Below, piece by piece: positions 24,080 to 36,000 of a stretch of DNA of 46,759 bases. How positions within the stretch are numbered: position 1 is the first letter of the stretch; each line of letters starts with the position of its first letter. The stretch lies in the IMG/VR virus record IMGVR_UViG_3300016667_000311, positions 1 through 46,759 of that record; one strand, 5' to 3'. A model generated the notes under the pieces. The model ran no database searches. It was given only the letters and a program-made list of their open reading frames with translations, and was not told where the DNA came from. The stretch is from a virus. Its lineage: Duplodnaviria > Caudoviricetes. A program made the translations under genes and the position numbers.

Positions 24080-27000
24080 CTTCGTCTTGGAGGGCTTCGC
24101 CCTGAGTGGGAATCTTGCGTCCTTGGGTAGTCTTGGAGAACCACTTGTAAATCCTAGAGAGAGTCTCAAGGGTGGCCGTATCAGCCTTTGGCTTACCTAG
24201 ACCGCCATCGGCTGGCATTAGGAGGGCAATGCCTTCGACAATCTTCTTCCTGAATGCCGCCTTGTGGGCTTCGCTGGGGAACTTGGGCTTGAACCTGAGG
24301 ACAGGACCGCCGCTGGTTGCAATGGTGGTCAGTGCGTTGCTAACGGCGTCCGAGTCGGTGACGTCCACCTTCATGACGTGCTTGAACCAAATCTTGTAGC
24401 CAAGTTGGGTGGACAAGTACCCAGTAGGCGACATGGGCTTGGTGGGTGCGTTGGCAAACGTGCCTCCTCCAGTTCCAGTAGCGGTGTTGCCGAGCAGATT
24501 GGGGGCTTGATTCCTGTATGAAGACCTTCTCTTTTGGATTCCAGTTGGGTCGAGACTGCCTTCATCGAATCCGAAGTGTCTGCTCCATTCGACATTGTCG
24601 GAGCCAGTGACGCTTCCATTGGAGTGTCCGAGCGTGACGTAGCCCCCGACGGGGCCCCACTGCTTAACGAACTGTCCGATGTAGGGCAGACTGCCGACGT
24701 ATTCCGAGTTCTGCAACATGGCCTCCTTGAGCATCTGAATGTCCCTGATTCCTTCCATGATGGTCTGTCCAGTCTTGGAATTGATGATGGCGTAGGTCCC
24801 GTCATCCCTGAGGACGGCGTTGGGCCTGATGAATGCGTCGGTGGCGAACTTCTGGAGGTTTTTCTTGGACTGGCCCCACATGATGGACTCCATGAACCAA
24901 GAGGGAGCACCATACTGGGAGACATAGCCCATGGCGTCGCCACGCTCGAACCAGAAGTGGTATCTTCCGATGTTGGCTAGGCCGTTGTCAATTGCTCTCT
25001 GGCTTCCATTCTTCTTCTCCCCGACGATTTGCTTTCCGTAGTACTGTTGCATGAACAGCGTGGACAGGTCCCTAGGCTTGAGGGGCTTTCCGTCTGGGTC
25101 TACTAGGAAGGAGTCTCCTTTAAAGGAAGAATCAGAGAAGGTTACCTCGTCCTTGATGCTTTCTATGTTACCATCAGAGAGTGCCTTCCAGACTTCCCTG
25201 AGTCCGTTATCGGCAGGAACGTCGTCAATGGAGATGCCTTCGGTGAACAGGTGAGGCATTGCATCCTTGAGGGTCAGCAACAGGTGTACGTTGTAGGGTG
25301 CATTGACCCCGTTGTGTTCGAACGCCTGTCTGTTTCTGAAATAACCCCTGAACTCATCTGGACCGAAGTTGGCCATTCTGGCCATGAATCCTCCGTGCAA
25401 CTGGTAGGTGAGCCAGTCAGGGAGCATGTTGAGGTATGACAACAGGAAAGCCTTAGGATTGTCCTGACCCATGTACATTATGTGCGACTGCCTTCCGACG
25501 AGCATGGCTGCCGCCGTATCCATGCTGTGGCCTCTGTTCACCTGATGTCTTGCGTCGGCATAGGTGATGGCACTGAGGCCAGCGTTGGCCGCTCTCATCA
25601 CAGTCCCGTTGAGCGAGATGGGCTTGTAGACGTCTTCGACGCCGAACGGAAGCGAGTTGAGGATGGCGGGGTCTCTTCCGCTGGGCATGACGGGAAGGAC
25701 CTTGGCCAGTTCCGTGATGTCCTTCTCGATTTGCTTAAGCCTTTCGGGGGCATCGGCGGCGGAGGACATCAGGGCAATCAGGGGCTGGACGCTGTTGGCG
25801 ACCATGTTGCCGAGAGCCGTGGCACCGACCCTGTACTGGAGGAAATGATTCATGTTCATCTCCTCGAACTCCTTCGTGCCGATTTCGAAGGTTCTTGTTC
25901 CAGCGATTCCGCTGGGTGTCTTGCCAACGAAGGTCTCCAAGTCATTGTTTACGCCTCTCTGGCTCGGGAAGAGTCTTCCGCCTACGCCGCTCTTGTAGGC
26001 ATGGGGAGGGGTGATGACCCTGAAAGATTCCTTGTTTGAGAAAACATGCTTCTGCAAGTCGTTGTACTCGTCCATCCCAGTGTATTGCCATTCCAAGAAC
26101 TTTTCATGGTCAACGATGATAGCAGAAGACCTGTTCTGCGGAGAAGAAATCCATTCTTCGTAGGAGTCCATGAGGGCGTCGAAGAACTTAATCTTGGCGT
26201 ACTTGGTGTAAGTATCCCCAGTCTCCCTGTTGATGATTTCTTCCCTTCTGGCCTTGAGCCTGTCCAAGGTTCTTCTGGCCACGGAGTCCCAGTCGATTCC
26301 CTTGTAGGGGAGGATGTCCTTGTTGGCCTTCTCGATTTCGATGGACTTGGAGATTACCTCTTCGTCGGCAAGTGCGGACAGGGCGAAGATGAGCGAAGGA
26401 GTGATTGCTCTGGACGAACTGCTGTAGTTGCCCATCTGGATTGAATTGAACGAATCTTCCAGAGAATGCATCCCTACCTTTTCGGGAAGCAGACCAGCCA
26501 ATACGCTCTGTCCTGCCACATACATGAGTTCGTTGGACACCTTCTGGGCAATCTCATGGCTGTACCCTTCCTTGCTCATGAAGCCGCCCTCCTTGTATTC
26601 CGAGATGTCTGGGAATTCGAAGACTGGGATTCTCGACAGGTTGTTCGTGTACTTCCTCATGTTCTCTGGTACTTCCACAGTTCTGCCGCTGTCAATCAGT
26701 CCGAGGTCAGTCCTGAGCAAGAATCTTTCGATTGGACTGAGCGAGCCGAGCAGTCTGACGGCGTAGTTGGCGTTTAGTTCGACGTCGCCGTATCCGTATT
26801 GGGACAACCTATGGATGTTGGTGCCAATCATGCCTCCGACATTATGTAGGACAGACCTCAACTTATCCCTGCTTTCTATCAGTTTGGCCATGTCTCCAGA
26901 ACGCTTGAATCCTTCCACCTGCTCCAAGGAATCTGGGAGTGCCTTTTCTGGCGTGCTTGGAACACCGAACGAATGGTACTGGAACGAGTCGGACTGGATT

Positions 27001-30000
27001 TCTTCGATGGCCAGCACGACCTCAGGGTCGTAGGTGTATCCGTAGACGGAATCTTCGGCGTGGTAATTAGGAGTCTTCGGGTCGCCGAATCCGTATTCGC
27101 CGCTCAGGATTGTCTGGGTAGTTCTGACGTGGCCAATCTGGAAAGTGCCATGGTCGTTATCGCTGTAATGGCCGAAATCGCCGAGCGTGTGGCCAGCCTT
27201 AATCATCTCTCTGACCTCGAACACCCTGTTGATGTTGCTGATGATGCTCTCGTACTTGGCTTTGGTCGCATTATCACTGGCTCCCTCGATTCTCTGCCTC
27301 AGGATTTTGACTGCGGCGTCACGCTCGGCCTTGATTCTCCTGTTGCTGTACTCGGTGAAGATAGGATTGGACTGGTAGTAGCCAGTGAACGAAGCCCAAG
27401 AAGAATGGTAGTTGCCTCCATGGTAATAGAAGTTCTGTGCCTGATAGAGCGGGAACAGGGGTGTGCTTGAGTCGTAACTCGAACTCATCGGACCGACCCC
27501 CTGATTGAGGGAAGTGGCGTATTGTCCTCTATCCCCGTTAGTCATGAGGACGGAGAACGGATTCACGTTGCTCGACGTATCTGCGTACTGGATAGAGTAG
27601 GGATTGATTAGACCCAAGTCGCCGATTGCGGTCTCGATGGTCCTGTACTGGTCCCCAGTCCTGCCGAAGATGCTGTCAGCCATGACGTACTCAAGGATGG
27701 CAGGTCTTACCTTTCTGCTCTCGCCTCGGTATCCTCCGATTGTGTAGGCGGTGACGTCCCTTCCCTCCTGATAGAGGTTCCTAAGGTGATTGATAGCCGT
27801 AGTAAGGTCCGTGAGTCCAGTCAGGGAATTGGGGGCACCCATCTCCGCCACAGTGTACTCGATGGACTTCATGATGGCGTTCTTCAACGCTTCTGCGTCC
27901 GCCCTCTTGGTATCGTCCTGCAATGACTCCTCGATGAGTCCAGCGACGGACTCTAGGTTGTTGAGGTGGGTCTTGATTACGAAATCCTCCTTGGTCTGAA
28001 GGTCTTCAAGGTATGGCATGTCATAGACTCCACTGAGAGAGCCAGTCTTGACCCTGCTTACCTCAGGGCCGATGTCTCTTTGAGTAGTTCTGGCCTGTCT
28101 GGAAGTCCTCGGGTATACAGTGTAGATGAACTCGGCCAAGTCCCTTCTAGTGAGGTGAGTTTCGGCGTTGTCGTGCAGGAGGTATGCGATGCCCGACATT
28201 CTGATTTCATCCTTGGAAACCGAGTTCTCCTTGAGGAACTTGAACCATTCAAGACCAGTCATGGAGTCAGGGTACTTGTCCCTTCCCGTCTTCCTCTTGC
28301 CGTAGGCCACGACTCGCATCATCTTGGACACGAACTCGATGGGGCCCTGACCGAAGCCGAAGTTAAGTTTACGTCTCAGCATGCCTTCCAGTTCTCTGGC
28401 GTCGGCGTTGCCAATCATCAGATTGGCCCTTCCTACCTCTACGGGCGGAATCTTGGTCTGAAGCACCGACCTGCTACCGAGGGCGGCGGACAGGGCGGTG
28501 GCCTCTGCCTTGGACAGGTTGAGGTCGAGGTCTCCGACAGTGAAGGTCCCGTCGTTGACCATAGCGAGGTTTCCAGCCTGACGCTCGGAGTATCCGAGGT
28601 GCTTGTTGGCCCTGACTGAGACATCGACGTTGTCGTTTTCGCTCATGACGCCGTCCTTGACTACGGCCTGACCAGAACCAGCGGAGACGAGTGCCTGAGC
28701 GAGGATTGCCTTGCTGGCACTGGTGCCGTACTTGTTCCTGAGTGCTTCCGCTTCCACCAAGGTCTTAACAGGGACGACCTTTCTGGAATACATGGGCTCA
28801 CCGCTATCGGTCACGCCAGTCTGGATGTCGTAGGTGACGAAATAGCCAGTGGGCTTGGCCTTGGGTCCTCTGTGGACGATGCTTACCCCGTTCGTTTCCT
28901 TGCCGTCCCAAGCGAACTGTTGCAGTTCGGGCCTGTTCGGGAACATGTGCTGGATGGATACGGCGAGGTCGCCGTTCTTTGCCAGATGCCTTTCTGCGTC
29001 GGGCAGGATGTATCCATGGTCGGCACCGACGGCGGCTGATGCGATGCGTTCGATGTCTGGAATGATGTCTTGGCTTCTGGAAATTATCTGGTCGGCACGT
29101 TTTTCGAATCCAGCCCTAGCCTCGTCTGGAGTCCTGCCGCCCTCCTTGATGGAATCACTTCCGCCCAAGGCGAGGATTTCAGGAATTTCTGTGGCGTTCA
29201 CAGTCCTGCCGATGTCGGGCACCCTCTGTCCCATGATTTGCTCGAGCCTAGACTGAGGCCCAGAGAGGTAGTAGGCATTGGAGCCGCTGAGTTTCAGAAG
29301 TTCCATGATTTTCTCCCCGTCGCCGAGGTAGGGGTTCATGTCACTGCCTTGTCTTTCGTACACCCTGTTCCAGATGCTCTGCATCAATTCCGCACCTTGG
29401 CCCTGAACCATCACCGCCATGAGCACGGCCTTAATCATGTCAGGGTTGGCCTCCTCAGGGCTGAAGGTAAGCGTGATGTGCTGTGCACCAGTCTTGTGTC
29501 CGTTGATTGCCAGTGCGAGAGCGACGACGTCTTTGTCGTTATGGGCGTTCTCAGAATTAACCAACGCCTCATAGACGTTGAAGTTGATGTAATTGCTGGA
29601 ATTTCTGATTCCCTCTCTGTTGGAGGAGGTTCCTTCATAGGAGGGCCTCACGGCGTCCCCATACTTCAGCCTGTTCCTAGCGGCGGCCACAATCTGCTTC
29701 CTCCAATCCTCTCCTCCGATTCTGAAGTATCTCTGCAAGCCAGCCGCACCCATTCCGCCAAGGGAGGCGGTCTGCATGCCGAACAGCGTGATGTAAGGAT
29801 TGGCGTTTGAGATTTCCCCGCTACGAGGGTCGTAGCCAAGGCTTTCCCTGATGCTGAACCCAGTCGGGAGTTTTTGTACCCTCGAAGGGTCTATCCTCGT
29901 CTGATTGCCCAGATAACCAGCCTTGTAGCCAGTGATGTCGCCGCTGATGTTGAGAACTAGGCTACCATCTTCCAGCCTCTTCCAAGCGAACCCTCTCATC

Positions 30001-33000
30001 GGCTCGGTAAGGGCCACTCTGGGCGGAACGATGTTCTGGGATGTTTGGGTGCCTGATTCGTTCTTGGTAATAAGGGTGTACGGGCCGAACAGGTTGTTGG
30101 ACACCCCATAGGCGTGTGCCCTGAAGGCGACACCTTCCCTAGAGCCAGCAGTACTGCTCTCAAAGTTTCTCTGGATGGAACTGCTGATTAATCTTCCGCT
30201 GAGCCTCATTCTGGCTGGCTCGATTGAGACAACGTCGGTCTTGGACTTGCGAGCCTGTCTGATGATGGAATCCACCATCTGCTTTCTGGTAAGTTTAGCA
30301 CTGACGGGCGAACCTCTCATGCCGACGTCGATTCTGGAAGCACCGATGACAGGCGACGATGTGTTCTGCGGTACGGCATTGACATCCGCCACGTAGTTGG
30401 TGCTCGTCTTGAGGGGGTCGATTGGCTCGAACAGGGATTCCGCAAGGCCAGTCTCAGTCGGCTCAAGAAGGTGATGGTCGTACACCCTGTCTCCGCCACG
30501 GAATTCGCTCGGAGTGCTGGCAAGAGAATGCACAGGGTCGCCAATGGCGGTGGTGATGTTGTGGCTATCGGTCAGCACCTTTTCGGTTCCGATTACGGCG
30601 AACACTCTTCTCGGGTAGACAGTATGGATGTCAGCGTAAGGCTTGTCAGGGAAGTCCTGAAGAAGGTTCTGCTTGTATCCGTTTCTGTAGTAATGCGGAT
30701 AATCGTGCTTGGACGGGTCCCCAGACTTGATTACAGTCCTGTATCCGCTCGCATGCTGGTCCATGAGCGACCACACTCCCAACAGGAGGTGTCTGTTGAG
30801 TTCATTGCCCATGATGCTACTGTACATCGCTTGCATCCAAAGTCTGCCAGAGTTGCCCTGAACGAGCCTAGTCCTTCCCATCGGACCTTCGCTGTTGCCT
30901 TTCTCAAAGAGGTATCTGCCTTCAGACAAATACTTGCCGATTTCTTCGACCAAGAGTTCCTTGGTGCCCCTGCCGAACATGGCGTCCATGGCTGGTGCTT
31001 CAGGGAGTCTGCGTATCATGGACATGGCCTCATAGGCACCGCAAAGTGCGGAGAACGTAATCTCAGAGTTGGCGGTGTCCAAGTGGCCGAACATCAGACC
31101 ATGCTGTTTCTCGCTGATGGACTGGAAGAATGCGTCGGAGGCGGCTTTTTGCTCAGGCGTCGGGGTGGAACCCGTGTCCATGGAGAAGTCCCTGTAGGCA
31201 TCTCTGGCGTTCTTGAGCAGTTGTCTCTGCTCTGGAAGAAGATGGTCAACGATAGTGAGTTTCCCGCTCCTGACGCCTACCTGCTTCGGGGAAAAAGCGG
31301 CGGCGATGAGAGGAGCCATGGCGGGGACGTACGAGGCGGCACTTACGTCCGATGCCCCATTGACGCCAGCCCTGAGGTTTGGCCAGTTCATGCCCCAAGT
31401 CTCGTAGAAATCCTTGGAAGCACCCAACGCCCCGTTGATTTCGGTATGCTTGCCCAATCTGGCCGTGCCCACGTAGACGGCGGAGTGCAAGGCATGGAGT
31501 CCGTTGACTGTGTTCTTCACTGATACGCTCTCATAGGCGGCGACGTTATCGAACGAGATTGCTGGCGTCGTGCTAACCCTGAACTGTTCTACGAAATCGG
31601 AAATCGGGGCAATGTATTCCAGAGGACTCTGGGTGCTGTCGCCTTCCCTGATTTCACCGAAAAGAACAGTTCTGACGGCGATGTCCCTAGCGATGAGGCT
31701 GGAGACGGCGGAGGTCACGAACGCTGGATTAGCCGCTACGGAGGGAACGCCGCTTCCGTCGAAGTAGGGCATGCTGACGAGGCCTTTCAGTTGCACCGAG
31801 GATACTGTATTGGCCGTCTTCGTCTCGCCGACGACGATGCTACCATCCTTGCCGACGTAGCCCTTGAGCAGGAAAGATTCCTGTGCGATTCTTTGTGCAA
31901 CTCCGTCGATGTAAGACTGTCCAGTGATTACGTTTCTGGACGGAGCGTCCGAATGGGATTCCTTGTTGTCTCCGATGAGAGAGGTCGTTCTTTCTTCGAC
32001 CTGTGAGAGCCTGCCTGAGATGTCATTAATCAGCCTGACCTTGTTCAACTTGTCGATGGTGGCCTCGCCGTCCCAAGCACTCTCAGCCATGTCGAGAATT
32101 TCACGTGCAACCCCAGCCAAATCCTTAGTGACAGAGATGATTTGATGAAGGTGTTCAAAGGTCCTATTGGACATCCTTTCTTGGTCGTGGGCATTTTCCC
32201 TGAATAAGTACCTCATCGTGCCTTCATCCCAAGTCGATGCGTCGTAGTTTCTGGATTCCTCTGAGCCACCCCTGACAAAGGTCCTGTTCTGCCTGTAGTC
32301 AGGCATGGTAGGTCCTACTGCCGTCTGGATGGTCTGGAGTTCGATGAATCCAGAGCCGCCGCTCAGGTCGTTTCCGCTACCGACGAGGGCCAAGGTCATG
32401 CCGAATCTTGCGGAAGGGCCCTTGCTGAAATCAGCCGCGAAATCACCAGCAGAACCACCAAGAATGACGCCCTGAGTGTTACTGAGGGATGAGGCGGAAG
32501 TGTATTCCCTCATTGCTTCGAGTTCAGGCTCAATCATCGCCTTGGTCATTTCGTCCAGAAGCCTCACTTTGATGTGTCTGGCGTTTTGGTCATTTGCACT
32601 GTCGATGACCCCCATGACACGCTCATAGAAGGGCTTAATCAGGAACAACTTTCTCCTGATTCTCTTGTTCATCTCGATGGCCAGAGCCTGTGCCGCCGAC
32701 ACTTCCGCATCGCCGAGATTGCTGCCCTTCATCGAAACCCTGTAAAAGAATGAGCCTTGATTGAAGTATCCCTTCTTTTCCAGCCTTTGAACGATGGCGT
32801 CGAAATCTTCATTGGACATCCATGTAGGCTTGGAGAATGGACTAAACTGTACTGTGTCAGACCTGAGATTCTGATTCTCTACGAAGTTAGCGATGCCGAT
32901 TCTGGGACCTCCTTCTGAACGAAGCGTGGTCTGTTCGCTCTCAGCCAAATCGAACATGGAGCCAGTCCTTTCGTAGATGAAGGAGCGTAGCGGGTCTGAT

Positions 33001-36000
33001 TCATGAGAGCCCTGTTGCTCGATTGCCGTGATGAGCCTTTCTGGGGTTACTTGAGACGTATCAATGTTGACTCCTCGGAACTTTTGAACGCCCTCGGTGG
33101 TGGACACGATTCTTTCGTTGACGTACTGCTTGTGGAATACGGCGAGAAGGTTGGCCAGTTCGTACTTGGTCAATTCCAGAGAGCCGTATTTTCTTGAGCG
33201 TCCGTTTTCCTCAACGAAGAAGGCACCGATGTTGGCCATGGTAATTCCGTCTTCGCTCACTCCCCTGTCCCTGAGGACCTTTTCGAGTTCGGATACCCTG
33301 ACGACGGACGGGAAGTCATCACGAAGGATGGCGTCCATCGCCTCGGTTGGAGTCCTGATTTCCCACTCATTGGTCACGATGCCGTCAATGATTCTGGCGA
33401 TGTCCTCCATGGTGACAGTCCTTTCGCCAGAGCCCCAGATTGCGTTGGTGACGTGCACCTTGTCTTCGTCGTCCAAATAGTAGACAGGACCCCTGCCAGA
33501 CTGCGGGTCGTCAGGAATGCCACTGACGATGTCTTCGCCCATCTTGCGGAATTCCTTCCTAGGCTTCTTCATGTCCAACTGGATGGTTGCCGTCTTGGCT
33601 ACCAGTTTGACGCTTCCGTCTTCCGCGACTTCCCAGCCCCTGCCGATGATTGCCACCCTGTCTAGGGAATCCAGTTCGTTCTTGAGTTGCCTGATGGTCC
33701 AAGAAATCAGGGAAGTCCTAGCCAGAAGGGAAATGACATCCTTGTTCCTGACGCTGTGGGACGGGTCCTTGCTACCGACGCCGCCAATCATGAGGTCAGC
33801 GACCCTGACTCTCTGCTTGTTCCTCAGTGCGATGCCGATGTTCCTGAGCGTGTTGCCCTTGTATCCGATGTCCATGGCACCAGAGATGGTGTCTAGGAGG
33901 GTTTTGCGTGAGCCGTCGGGATTGAGGCCAGTGGAATTCAGTTCGGCCTGAGTCATCCTAGACCTCTTTTCGGTCAGGTTGGCCTCGATTTCGTGACGCT
34001 GGCTGAGATAGTGCATGCCAGCGAGGTTGTTGAACACCTGCCTGAGTTTCGTGGAAGCGAGGATGACGTCCCCGTTAAGCCCGTCCCTTTCGGCCATCTT
34101 GGCTATGAACTCGAATCCGTCCAGTGCCTCGATGGAGCGATGAAGGTACTTTTCTACGTTATCGAGATGGTCGTACAGTTTGTAGCCGAGCACCGACTTA
34201 TCCAAGAACATGGAGTTCCTGACTTGGGTGATTCTCTTGATGAATCTGGAGGCCAGACCGCTGTCCAAGTCGCACATCATCGACTTAAATGCGTCCTCGC
34301 TGATTTCTCCCCTACTAAACCTATCGGCCAATTCCTTCGCCTCATTACGCATGGCGACAATGGACTTTACGGCGGACTCGGCGTTGCGTCTGGCGGGGTG
34401 GGCAGGAGGGTGATGGAGGTGTGCGTCGGTGAGGGCGTTGATTGCCTCGTTGCTGACCCTCATGAATGCAGGGTAAGCAATCTGACGCAGGTGCTTGTGC
34501 ATCGGGGTGTTGCCAAGCCTGTAGATGGACCTGAGCGTCTCGGCGTCCGAGAAATTGGTCGGGGCTCTGGTCGGGTCATCGGAGTAGATGAGAGTGCCAG
34601 CCTCGTTGACGACCTTTCCCCTGCCAGATTCGGCAATGGTCCTTCCAGCGACGCCAGAGATGTTGGCTGCCATGATGGGGCCGCCTACGGATTGGGGACC
34701 TGCGGTGAGTGCATACGAGTCTGTCCACATCTCACGCATCTGGATGGCATGCTGAATTTCGTGGAGCAGGGTCTCGGTGGCGTATCTCTGCCCTTCGTGA
34801 CCGAACGAAGCATGAGTCCTGTAGTCAGGACTGCGACGGCTAGACATCTCGTCGCCGATGAACGTGTCTATGCCAAGCCTGATGACGTCGCTGTCGGGGT
34901 TGTAGTCGGCACCATAGCCTTCCTTCCACTGCACGACCACGTTCTTGAGGCTCGGGTAATGCAGATAGAGCAACCTATGGTCCAAGATGTCGCCAAGTTT
35001 CACGGAGTTGGTGTCCATGAACACGGCATTGAGGCCCATCTCTGTGTTCCTTACGAACGTCTCGAAGCCCTTTTCCCCGTCTTCCATGAACGGAACGAGG
35101 TGCATCTTGCCGCCAACCTTTTCAAGCAGGAGGGTCGCATCCTTGTCAGAGAACTCGAAGGCCTTGTAAGTCCTGCCGCTGTCCGTCTTGACAAGACGCA
35201 TAGCACCAGTCTCAAGCATGTCCCGCTCCTTGGCGGTGGAATTAGTAAACCCACCGAGCATCAACTGACCCTTGGTTTCGTAATTTCTGGGAACAGACTT
35301 AGAAAGGTTGTAACCCAAGGCCTTGTATTGGTTCACCATTGCCGTGATAGCACTGGCTACCTTAGGCGTGTTTTTATGGTGACCGAATACGTCTCCTTTT
35401 ACGTTCAATGACGCACTTACGATAGAAGAGGTACTTGCCAGTGCTAACTTAGCCTTAGGATTGATGCCTTTTTTGGTGGGCTTGGTAGCAAGCGAGTCCA
35501 TCGAAGCATTGACGCCAGTGTGGATAATCTTTGCGTAACCCCTGTTGGCGATGGCTTTTGCGAAATCGTTGGGAGCAACGTTTCTCCAGTTCACGGGCAT
35601 GCTACCCTTGGCGGTAGCGAAGGTGCCCATCATCTTGGAGAAGTAGTTGTTAGGGTCGCCAGCGATTATGCTCTTGGCGATTTCGGCCATCATCGCACCA
35701 GTCGCCACGCCGTGCAGGTAGACTAGGTCAGCACTGTCTAGGCCCTTTGAGTAGAGCATTCTGGTGAACGCTTGCAGTCCCTGTGCCGTCCCGTCCTTGG
35801 CTTGGTCGAAAGGAATCTTGATGGACTTTGCGATGTCTTCGACGTGCGAGACGTGCCATCCAGTGTCGAAGTTCTTGTACATCGTTCCTCTTCCGCTGAT
35901 TCCAGAGAAGGGCACGATTCCCAAGATTGTGGCCTCAAGGTCCGTCGGCATCTCTATCTGGCCGTCTTGGCCCAGAAGAGTGTGCATCGGGTTTTCGAGT

